Shown: in pieces, positions 56,530 to 64,000 of the stretch | Numbering within the stretch: position 1 is the stretch's first letter | How the letters are laid out: every line of letters begins with the position of its first letter | Sequence record: DRR378314_419 | Strand: one strand, 5' to 3' | DNA length: 64,000 bases | The notes under the pieces: generated by a model | The model's database searches: none | Told to the model about the DNA's origin: nothing | The model's input: the letters and a program-made list of their open reading frames with translations, nothing else | Program-made: the position numbers and the translations under genes

Positions 56530-59388
56530 TTGTTCACAAGTTTGGTGCTTTTACCTTTGATGAGATATAAGCAAAAAAACCCGGATTTTTTAAACTCCAT
56601 TCCGCATGGCGTCTGTGTTTTCGACGATAACCTGCAATTGGTGGGCTATAATGATGCGGCGATGGAAGTTCTGGATTTTCCACCAGAAATGGGCCGTATT
56701 GGAATCTCGTTGGAGGAGCATTTTCGGTTTAACGCTGCCCGTGGCATCTACGGTGACGGCGATGTGGATGAGCTTGTCTGGGCACGTATGAACCTCGTGT
56801 TGCAACGTCAACCATTTGACTATGACTTCCCAGGACCTGATGGCCGAGTTGTTTGGCGCCATGGAAAGTTCGATGATAAAGGCTGGCTGACAATCACTTT
56901 TACTGATGTGAGCGAGCGCGCTTCGGCGGAAACGGAATTGAAGCGGCTTAATGTATTGCTTGAACAGCAAAATTCCATTCAGGATCAGGAAATTCAAAAA
57001 GTTCGCGGGGAACTTGAAAACAGAAACCGTATTCTGCAACTCATCATAGACAATATTAATGATGGGGTTTCGTTCGTCGATCATGATAAACGATTGGTTC
57101 TTGCCAACAACCGGTTGTTTGAACTTCTGGATATGCCGATTGAAATGAACCGGCCGGGGTTGCCAGTTCAGGATATTTATCAGGTGGAAGCGGCTCGAAT
57201 TAAGCTTGACAAGTTGTCTGTAGATGCAGAAGTTCGCGAATTGGAAGAGAAGGCTTTTGGCTCTCCCCAATCACAAGTAGAGAGGTCCATTAGCGACGAT
57301 CGAATTGTCCAGATCTCTCGAAAATTACTTCCAGAAGGTTTGGTCACAACCATTTCGGATGTTACAGGCCTTAAAAATGCTCAGCAATTGCTGGAGGAGG
57401 CAAACCGGGCGCTCAGCGAAAAAATTGACGCCCAAGGTATGGAGCTGGATCAACAGCGACGCCTTGCAGACCAATTATTGAGCGCTGTTGATACGTCTGA
57501 CACAAGCATTCTTCTGTTTGATTCAGAAGGTCGACTGTTATTTGCCAATAAACGGTATATGGAAAACAATGTTGAAGGGGCGAAACTTCTTCAAAAGGGA
57601 ATTTCTTACCGAGATTTTATGTTGAAAGTGCTCGATCAAGGGGTCTATCCAGATATTAAGATGTCTCATGAAGATTACATCAGTTTCCGTGAAGAGTGCT
57701 TGCGGAACGATGGTGTAACTCATCTGATCGAACGAAATAGATATGGTCGCTGGTTGCAAATCCGTGAGCACCGACTTCCTGATGGTTCGACGTTGTCCAT
57801 GGCCAACGATATTACTGAACTGAAGAAAGCTGAAATAGAGCTTGAGCAAAATGAAGAGCGTTTTCGCGATTTCGCTGAAGATGGTGCGGATTGGTTTTGG
57901 GAAATGGACGAAAATCTGAAGTTTTCCTTTGTGACCGGGAAAGTGGCGGAAATTATTGGAATTACCCCAGAAGACATGCTGGGTAAAACCCGTCATGAAG
58001 TTGTTGGTCTGACCGAGCAGACGGCAAAAAGTAACTGGAATGACTATCTGGATGATGTCCCGGATGAACAATCTTTTGCCAGCCCGACACTTCGGGTTGT
58101 CCGGCCTGATGGCGATGTTCGCTATATTATTACAACCGGCAAGCCATTATACGCCGAGGATGGCTCCTTAAAAGGGTATCGGGGAGTAGGCCGGGATGTA
58201 ACAGATCTAACCCGGGCGGAAGAAGCGTTGCGCCGATCCCAAAAAATGGAAGCCGTAGGCCAGCTGTCTGGCGGAATTGCCCACGATTTCAATAATATAC
58301 TGGGTATTATTTATGGAAACCTTGAGCTGATGGCTGAGCAATTGCCAGAATCCTCTCAGCTCCATCAATTTGCCGATAATGCTTTGAGAGGCACCAAACG
58401 GGCTACTGAACTGACCCACAAGCTGCTTGGTTTCTCCAGTCATCATCACGGCAGCATTTCGAATATTTGCCTGAATGATCTGATTGTTGAAACCAATACC
58501 CTGATTGCCAAGTCGCTGACCGCCAGTATCACCATTGAAACCGATCTGTCCGAAGATCTTTGGAATGTGGCGATCAATCAGGGGGATTTTGAAGATTCAA
58601 TACTCAACCTTTCGCTGAACGCCAAAGATGCCATGCCAAATGGCGGCCGCCTGGTCATTGAAACAAAAAATGTCACCCTGGAGGAGAAGCATCTGCAAGG
58701 CTATTCGGATGTTGAGCCCGGCAAATATGTTCTACTGTCCTTTAGTGATACCGGCAGCGGTATGTCCAAAGAAGTCCGCGAGCGAGTGTTTGAGCCCTTT
58801 TTTACGACAAAGGATATCGGTAAAGGGACCGGTCTTGGCCTAAGCATGGTGTTTGGGTTTGTGAAAAGATCTGGCGGTTTTATCAATCTGTATTCTGAAC
58901 CTGGAAATGGTACCACTTTTAACATCTATTTGCCCGCAGCTGTTCGCCACAACGCAGATGGTGTGTTGGATGTGGAAATTGGCAGTTTGCCTGTCGGCAA
59001 TGGAGAGAAAATTCTGGTTGTCGATGACGAAGTTGATTTGCTTGAGGTTTCGGCCAAAGCACTGAAAAGGCTCGGCTATAATGTTGTGATAGCAGACACC
59101 GCTGAAAAAGCGATTGAGATCGTTAAATCTGCAGAAGATATTGACCTTTTTTTCACAGATGTCATCCTTCCGGGAAGTCGGAACGGCTACGTCCTGAAAG
59201 ATGAAATCCTGAAATTGCGGCCGAAAATGAAAACGCTGCTCACCAGTGGATTTACTGGTAAGCAGAGTTTTAAGGACGGAAACCTGGATACAGGTGAAGA
59301 TCTGCTGGCGAGACCGGAATTTGTTCTCCAAAAACCGTTTACACGCCAGGAACTTGCGACAACCGTGCATGATATTCTGAATTCCTAG
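56530..59388 (+). CDS. Soluble multi-PAS hybrid histidine kinase/response regulator
   Basis: Three PAS-fold repeats plus a DWFWEMD PAS, GIAHDFNN H-box, FEPFFTTK..GKGTGLGL, receiver ILVVDDE...TDVILPG. Confidence 0.92.
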   Translation: MFTSLVLLPLMRYKQKNPDFLNSIPHGVCVFDDNLQLVGYNDAAMEVLDFPPEMGRIGISLEEHFRFNAARGIYGDGDVDELVWARMNLVLQRQPFDYDFPGPDGRVVWRHGKFDDKGWLTITFTDVSERASAETELKRLNVLLEQQNSIQDQEIQKVRGELENRNRILQLIIDNINDGVSFVDHDKRLVLANNRLFELLDMPIEMNRPGLPVQDIYQVEAARIKLDKLSVDAEVRELEEKAFGSPQSQVERSISDDRIVQISRKLLPEGLVTTISDVTGLKNAQQLLEEANRALSEKIDAQGMELDQQRRLADQLLSAVDTSDTSILLFDSEGRLLFANKRYMENNVEGAKLLQKGISYRDFMLKVLDQGVYPDIKMSHEDYISFREECLRNDGVTHLIERNRYGRWLQIREHRLPDGSTLSMANDITELKKAEIELEQNEERFRDFAEDGADWFWEMDENLKFSFVTGKVAEIIGITPEDMLGKTRHEVVGLTEQTAKSNWNDYLDDVPDEQSFASPTLRVVRPDGDVRYIITTGKPLYAEDGSLKGYRGVGRDVTDLTRAEEALRRSQKMEAVGQLSGGIAHDFNNILGIIYGNLELMAEQLPESSQLHQFADNALRGTKRATELTHKLLGFSSHHHGSISNICLNDLIVETNTLIAKSLTASITIETDLSEDLWNVAINQGDFEDSILNLSLNAKDAMPNGGRLVIETKNVTLEEKHLQGYSDVEPGKYVLLSFSDTGSGMSKEVRERVFEPFFTTKDIGKGTGLGLSMVFGFVKRSGGFINLYSEPGNGTTFNIYLPAAVRHNADGVLDVEIGSLPVGNGEKILVVDDEVDLLEVSAKALKRLGYNVVIADTAEKAIEIVKSAEDIDLFFTDVILPGSRNGYVLKDEILKLRPKMKTLLTSGFTGKQSFKDGNLDTGEDLLARPEFVLQKPFTRQELATTVHDILNS

Positions 59389-59450
59389 ATCGGACATTCA
59401 TTGAACCGGCGCAGATCATAGATGGTGATCTACAGCCAGGTGCAATTGGC

Positions 59451-59729
59451 CTAACTAGGTTGAAAATGGCTCCAGACTGTCCAGCTCCCAATAAGAATAA
59501 ATCCAATTCCGGCGATGAGTTTTAAGGGGATCATGGTCAGATATTTCTCTGCCGCAGTGCCCAGAACGACGGCAATAGCGGTTGAGGCCACCAAAGCCAT
59601 TGCCGCTGCGATGAAAACAAAATAAGGCGATTGCTGTTTGTCAGCGGCGAACAAAACCGTCGCAAGCTGGGTTTTATCGCCTAATTCCGCCAGGAAGACA
59701 GTAATAAAAATAATGAAAAGTTGCTGCAT
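59451..59729 (-). CDS. Half-size TMEM165/GDT1 (UPF0016) family protein, probable Mn2+ exporter
   Basis: Single AELGDKTQ motif, 3 TM segments, 92 aa; preceded by a yybP-ykoY riboswitch. Confidence 0.9.
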   Translation of the reverse strand: MQQLFIIFITVFLAELGDKTQLATVLFAADKQQSPYFVFIAAAMALVASTAIAVVLGTAAEKYLTMIPLKLIAGIGFILIGSWTVWSHFQPS

Positions 59730-59736
59730 AAGACCG

Positions 59737-59778
59737 TTATATTTGGGAAGTTGGCACAGATAATGACGGACTGACCAT
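59737..59778 (-). CDS. Putative 13-aa leader uORF (MVSPSLSVPTSQI) in the riboswitch expression platform
   Basis: AAGGGAAG SD-like sequence then ATG; the stop lies 7 nt before the GDT1 ATG, which lacks its own SD. Confidence 0.4.
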   Translation of the reverse strand: MVSPSLSVPTSQI

Positions 59779-59807
59779 CCAACTTCCCTTGAAGTGGTCA
59801 GTGCTCG

Positions 59808-59912
59808 CCATTGGTCTTGCCAAACCGGTATTTCGGTCACCTGCACCATGGCCGCTTGGCCAAGTCTGTTGATACAGGTTCTGATGTCTTTCAGAAGGCT
59901 ACTCCCCAACAG
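59808..59912 (-). ncRNA. yybP-ykoY manganese riboswitch
   Basis: Minus strand CTGTTGGGGAGTAGCC...GTATCAACAGACTTGGC...GCCATGGTGC...GGCAAGACCAATGG matches the yybP-ykoY consensus; upstream of a GDT1 gene. Confidence 0.9.
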
Positions 59913-60022
59913 GAAAGCTCTATTTAGCCGCGACATTGGAACCTGTCAAGAAACACTGGATTGTCACATCGCTCAGCTCAAGGTAAGGTTAATTCAAAAA
60001 TATTCATCAGGGAGTTGAATGG

Positions 60023-60778
60023 ATGGCTCAAAAGGTCGCGATTGTAACGGGTGCCGCGCGAGGTATCGGCCTTGCAACAACCAAAATATTCCTGAGTGAC
60101 GGGTGGCGAGTGGTTATGGTTGATCGGGATGCAGATGAATTGAAAGCTGCTTCAGAATCCCTTGAAAAGAGGTTGCCGGTTGTGGCCGATGTGTCTCTTG
60201 AAAATGATGTGCAGCGAGTTTTCAAGGAAACCGTTCAACGCTTTGGGCAAGTCGATGCCTTGATTAACAACGCCGGAGTTGCGGATTTTGGCCCGATTGA
60301 GGAAACTGATTTTCAGCGATGGCGTCGGGTGATGGATACAAATCTGGATGGTGTGTTTCTGATGTCTCAGGCCGCAACGCCTTACTTGAAGGAAAGTCGC
60401 GGTGCAATCGTCAATATCGCTTCAATTTCCGGTCTTCGGGCGTCTACACTTCGGGTCGCTTATGGAACGTCGAAAGCAGCGGTAATCCATTTAACAAAGC
60501 AACAGGCAGCGGAGCTGGGGGAATATAACATCCGGGCAAATTGTGTCTGTCCGGGGCCGGTCCGCACCAAACTGGCAATGGCGGTGCATTCGCAGGATAT
60601 TATTGACGCCTATCATGATGCAATCCCACTCAACCGATATGGGGCAGAGCAGGAAATCGCCGAAGTGATCTGCTTTCTCTGTTCAGATAAAGCGTCATAT
60701 GTCACCGGACAGATTATCGCTGCGGATGGTGGGTTCGAGGCGACAGGTGTCGGGTTGCCTGCGTTACGAGACACATAA
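60023..60778 (+). CDS. Classical SDR oxidoreductase
   Basis: TGAARGIG, NNAG, YGTSK, CPG, YVTGQ...DGG. Confidence 0.92.
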   Translation: MAQKVAIVTGAARGIGLATTKIFLSDGWRVVMVDRDADELKAASESLEKRLPVVADVSLENDVQRVFKETVQRFGQVDALINNAGVADFGPIEETDFQRWRRVMDTNLDGVFLMSQAATPYLKESRGAIVNIASISGLRASTLRVAYGTSKAAVIHLTKQQAAELGEYNIRANCVCPGPVRTKLAMAVHSQDIIDAYHDAIPLNRYGAEQEIAEVICFLCSDKASYVTGQIIAADGGFEATGVGLPALRDT

Positions 60779-60826
60779 AACGGAAAATTTTAACCTCGAT
60801 AAAAAACAAAAAGAAAGGGTTTGAAA

Positions 60827-61609
60827 ATGAAGGATGTATTGGTTGAAAGAGAAGAGGGGCTGCTGAAGCTGACCTTAAATCGGCCACAACAGATGAATGC
60901 ACTCTCTGATGAAATGAAGCAGGTCGTCATGGACGCGGTTACAGATGTTATGGCCAATAAGACCGCGCGTGCAATTTTGCTGACCGGTGCTGGTAAGGGA
61001 TTTTGCGCCGGCGCAGATCTACAGGGTGACAGTCTTGCCAGTCGCCGCCAGAAAATTGAAGGCTATATGATGGCGGGGGTAAACCGATTGGTCCAGGCCC
61101 TTCATGAAGTCCCGGTTCCTGTTATTGTGGGTTTGAACGGAGCTGCGGCGGGGGCCGGATGCGGACTGGCTTTGGCTGGGGATATTATCGTCGCTAGTAA
61201 ATCTGCAAAACTGGTGACAGCTTTTTCTCGTATCGGGGCGGTTATGGACGGGGGTATGTCCTGGGCGCTTACGCACAAGATCGGACCTGCACGCGCCCTG
61301 GGAATGGGTATGTTTGGCGGGGATGCAATTACGGCGCAACAGGCATTGGACTGGGGACTGATCTGGGAAGTTGTGGAGGATGACCAGTTGCAGGAAAGGG
61401 CCTTGGAAGTTGCCCGCCAGCTGGCCAACGGACCAACAGTTGCGTTGGGCTTGATCAAGCGTGAAATTGCGTTTGCCCAGAATAATTCAATTGCCGATGT
61501 TGTGCGATTTGAAGCTGCGTGTCAGGCAGAAGCATTTCGAAGTGATGATTTTCCAGAAGGTGTCAAAGCTTTTCAGGAAAAACGCAAACCCGATTTCAAA
61601 GGAATGTGA
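60827..61609 (+). CDS. Enoyl-CoA hydratase/isomerase (crotonase; PaaG-like)
   Basis: TLNRPQQMNALS, GFCAGADL, NGAAAGAG, DGG, EGVKAFQEKRKPDF. Confidence 0.9.
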   Translation: MKDVLVEREEGLLKLTLNRPQQMNALSDEMKQVVMDAVTDVMANKTARAILLTGAGKGFCAGADLQGDSLASRRQKIEGYMMAGVNRLVQALHEVPVPVIVGLNGAAAGAGCGLALAGDIIVASKSAKLVTAFSRIGAVMDGGMSWALTHKIGPARALGMGMFGGDAITAQQALDWGLIWEVVEDDQLQERALEVARQLANGPTVALGLIKREIAFAQNNSIADVVRFEAACQAEAFRSDDFPEGVKAFQEKRKPDFKGM

Positions 61610-61767
61610 GACGAAGGTTCAAAAGGATCCCCCAGATCCTCGCCTTTAAGAGAGGTTAGGTCCTGATAGATGCAACTGGTAGCGGGAACAGTCTAAAGGA
61701 AACAACTCTTTTGCATAATGATCTGGATTACAGGATTTTTTTTAGGTTGAAACCAGTTTCAGCTTTA

Positions 61768-61795
61768 AAGGGGCGGCTAAGCCGCCTCTTTTTTT
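61768..61795 (+). terminator. Intrinsic terminator
   Basis: AAGGGGCGGC-TAA-GCCGCCTCTT plus T run. Confidence 0.8.
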
Positions 61796-61931
61796 AATTT
61801 TATAAGCTGTTGATATATAATATAAAATTACGAACTTTATTGAGTTTTATAATTTTTTTCGTGTTTTTTTGAACGGTTTCTATCGGGCGTGCGACCTACG
61901 AGTATCACAACTTGATATGAGGAAGTTCAAA

Positions 61932-62480
61932 ATGAAAATGTCCAACGTTACAACAATCATCTCCGCCGCTCTGCTGTCCGTCGTCGCATTTAATGCACTG
62001 GCCGCCAATCCAAATGGTCCAAAACCAAAATGCCCAATGGGTCAGCTTCCTGTTTTGGAGCAGGGCTCGTGGCATTGTGAAGAGGCTAGATTGAAAGCCA
62101 AGGGGAAACCTCAGCGCAGTACAGCCGCAGGAGCTCCAGTTCTGAAAAAAGCTAAACTGAAGTTGCCGGACTATACAGTTCTGGGTGCCAAACGGAAAAT
62201 GGGAACATCAGATACTTTTATTGTACAGATCAAGAACAAGGGAACAGGACCGGCACCGCAGGGCGTTTTGTTTGGTCAGCATTATCTGAAAAACAATCAA
62301 TCCTGGGGCGCAGATGCCATCATTCCGCCTCTGGCCGCGGGTCAGGCTAAAGCCATTATAATCAAAATCCCACCAACCAACTATGAAAGAGGCGACCGGA
62401 TGATCTTTACGGCCGACTATTTCAAGCAGCTTGTTGAAAGTAACGAAGGGAACAACAGATACGCCACGAACTATAAATAA
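61932..62480 (+). CDS. Secreted protein with a C-terminal CARDB (Ig-like) domain
   Basis: Signal peptide (ALA), Cys pair, LPDYTV, IKNKGTGPA, D....VESNEGNN CARDB motif. Confidence 0.75.
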   Translation: MKMSNVTTIISAALLSVVAFNALAANPNGPKPKCPMGQLPVLEQGSWHCEEARLKAKGKPQRSTAAGAPVLKKAKLKLPDYTVLGAKRKMGTSDTFIVQIKNKGTGPAPQGVLFGQHYLKNNQSWGADAIIPPLAAGQAKAIIIKIPPTNYERGDRMIFTADYFKQLVESNEGNNRYATNYK

Positions 62481-62526
62481 TATCCCCTAACTGGCTGATT
62501 TCTCACGTTTTTCAGTTCCCACTAAG

Positions 62527-62556
62527 AAAGCCTGGGCTCTCCGCCGGGCTTTTTTT
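62527..62556 (+). terminator. Intrinsic terminator
   Basis: AAAGCCTGG-N8-CCGGGCTTT plus T run. Confidence 0.75.
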
Positions 62557-62676
62557 ATGAAGAATTTATACGGTGGGTGTCAGCCCCTCATCGCACCTTG
62601 ATATTGGACACCCTACTTTTGATTTGTTCGCTACGCCACAGTGACGAAACAAAAATACAAACGAAAGGAGTTTGTT

Positions 62677-63624
62677 ATGAGAAAAGCAACTTTGATGTGC
62701 GCAACAGCAATGAGTGTTCTGGCGGTAGGTGTTACACCTGTCTTATCAGCCGGATCTTCTGTTGACGCAGCAGGGACAGCTAAGCAAGGAGTGACAAGCC
62801 CATCAGCAAGCATGAATGAACTGTCGGCGCGTAAAATGTTTCTTGCGGATCTGCACCACGCCCAATTGGCGATGCAGAACAAAGATAAAGGCGCGGCTGA
62901 AAAACATATCTCAGACGCCGTTCATAAGCTGAAAACAGTTGGTGGATCTGATGGCAAAGAAGCCAAGGACATTATCCCTAAAGCCAAGGAAACGGCCGAA
63001 GATATTGTTGAGAAAGTAGATCCAACGACCGAGGTTGAAGGAACAACCATGTCTTCGAACCTGTTTGACGAGCGGAAAGTCATTTCCCTGGAAGTCGAAG
63101 GTGACGTTGAACCGGATGATCTTGTTTATCCTGTTTCCGGCATTGGTCAGGATTTCTCCAAGGTAATGACTGAATCTAATCTTCAAGGTAAAAAATTGGA
63201 AGGTGCGAAGGTTCGTTACATTGCGCTAAAAGTTGATGCTGAATCTGCAGAAACACGATTGCAACAGGCTTTGGAAGAGATCAAGTCTGACAATTATTCA
63301 GATGCCGAAGATCAGATTGAAGAAGTGCAGGAATCCTTTCTGGAAGAGCGAGAGCAAATTGTTCCTGCTAAGCTGAGAGCCAAGGATAATATCTCTCTGA
63401 CCCGTTTAATGGTTCAAAAGGCTCAATATGAAGCCGCTCGGGACAGTCTGGAAGAAGCCGAGGATGCGTTGGCCGATCTGAAGGATAAGAAAGACAGCCA
63501 GGCTGCTGTTCAGAATATCCAAAATGAGTTCGAGGAACTTGAAGAACAGATTGCCCAGCAGGATCCAAATCTTCTGGATAAAATTGATACCACGTTAGAA
63601 AAGTGGTGGAATAGTTTGTCATAG
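62677..63624 (+). CDS. Secreted acidic helical protein, YfdX-like
   Basis: Signal peptide, repeated A...L......A...I/L..A helical-hairpin patterns, RBS AAGGAG. Confidence 0.6.
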   Translation: MRKATLMCATAMSVLAVGVTPVLSAGSSVDAAGTAKQGVTSPSASMNELSARKMFLADLHHAQLAMQNKDKGAAEKHISDAVHKLKTVGGSDGKEAKDIIPKAKETAEDIVEKVDPTTEVEGTTMSSNLFDERKVISLEVEGDVEPDDLVYPVSGIGQDFSKVMTESNLQGKKLEGAKVRYIALKVDAESAETRLQQALEEIKSDNYSDAEDQIEEVQESFLEEREQIVPAKLRAKDNISLTRLMVQKAQYEAARDSLEEAEDALADLKDKKDSQAAVQNIQNEFEELEEQIAQQDPNLLDKIDTTLEKWWNSLS

Positions 63625-63647
63625 AATTTTGCGATATGACGATAGGG

Positions 63648-63675
63648 AAGGGCGGCCATTGGCCGCCCTTTTTTT
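63648..63675 (+). terminator. Intrinsic terminator
   Basis: AAGGGCGGCC-ATT-GGCCGCCCTT plus T run. Confidence 0.85.
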
Positions 63676-63848
63676 GTGGGTGCTCCCTAAGGTTGAAATG
63701 AAGTGACGCGGGCAGGGCAGCCTTTTTCTTTATTGGAAATTTGTTTGAAATAAATTTTTTATAAAAATATTGTCTGTTAGTTCAACAATTTAACTAATTT
63801 TTCTATCCATTTAGGTTGAAAAATTCCAATTCCTCTCTTGCGAGTCTT

Positions 63849-63895
63849 ATTAAGAATGATTATCAATTGCATCCATTAATTAAGAATGATTCTCA
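63849..63895. promoter_or_regulatory. Tandem Fur-like boxes
   Basis: ATTAAGAATGATTATCA and ATTAAGAATGATTCTCA, 30 bp apart, each close to the 7-1-7 TGA(G/T)AATnATT(C/A)TCA consensus. Confidence 0.75.
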
Positions 63896-63947
63896 CAATC
63901 AATATTAATTAATGGATGTTTCCGTCAAATGCGGGGGAGTGGAGAAT

Positions 63948-64000
63948 ATGTTAAATCAACCTTGGAAAAGCTCATTGCTGATCTGTTGTTCGGTGCTTGC
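63948..64000 (+). CDS. Start of an exported protein (truncated by the window edge), possibly iron uptake such as a TonB-dependent receptor
   Basis: GGAG RBS, MLNQPWKSSLLICCSVLA signal-like start, Fur-like boxes upstream. Confidence 0.5.
   Translation, partial: MLNQPWKSSLLICCSVL

Noticed and set aside
59730-59936. 69-aa N-terminal extension of the GDT1 ORF
   Set aside because: This stretch is the riboswitch aptamer and expression platform.
1-64000. CRISPR array, integrase, prophage or intact transposase
   Set aside because: No regularly spaced repeats and no recombinase, DDE or phage motifs were seen in any ORF.

Overview
Chromosomal window from an alphaproteobacterium. This is inferred from the GAAC-N7-GAAC SOS box, the napEFDABC order and the nnrR-nnrS pair; the genus cannot be fixed from the sequence alone. 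It opens with the 3' end of a tRNA (fMet-type), then fumC, a LexA-controlled imuA-imuB-dnaE2 mutasome and tamAB. An accessory block at about 14.2-29.5 kb holds an IaaM/DavB-like flavin amino-acid monooxygenase, an orphan membrane protein, an amide uptake/amidase operon and two large tandem orphan genes. The operon carries AmiC/AmiR, a candidate ANTAR attenuator in its leader and a tiny AtzG/GatC-like ORF. Both orphan proteins start with N-termini resembling mitochondrial presequences. After these come a LysR-dpp-MlrC-acyl-CoA ligase catabolic cluster, nnrR/nnrS, napEFDABC, an HPP protein, a beta-CASP nuclease and an APC permease. The rest contains two orphan PAS histidine kinases, a decayed LysR gene, a TetR-controlled FMO/BASS/SDR operon, and a yybP-ykoY (Mn2+) riboswitch with a probable leader uORF before a half-size GDT1 gene. 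It closes with an SDR/enoyl-CoA hydratase pair, secreted CARDB and YfdX-like proteins, and tandem Fur-like boxes before a gene cut by the window edge. No CRISPR array, integrase or intact transposase was seen. All family assignments come from reading motifs by eye; no database search was run.
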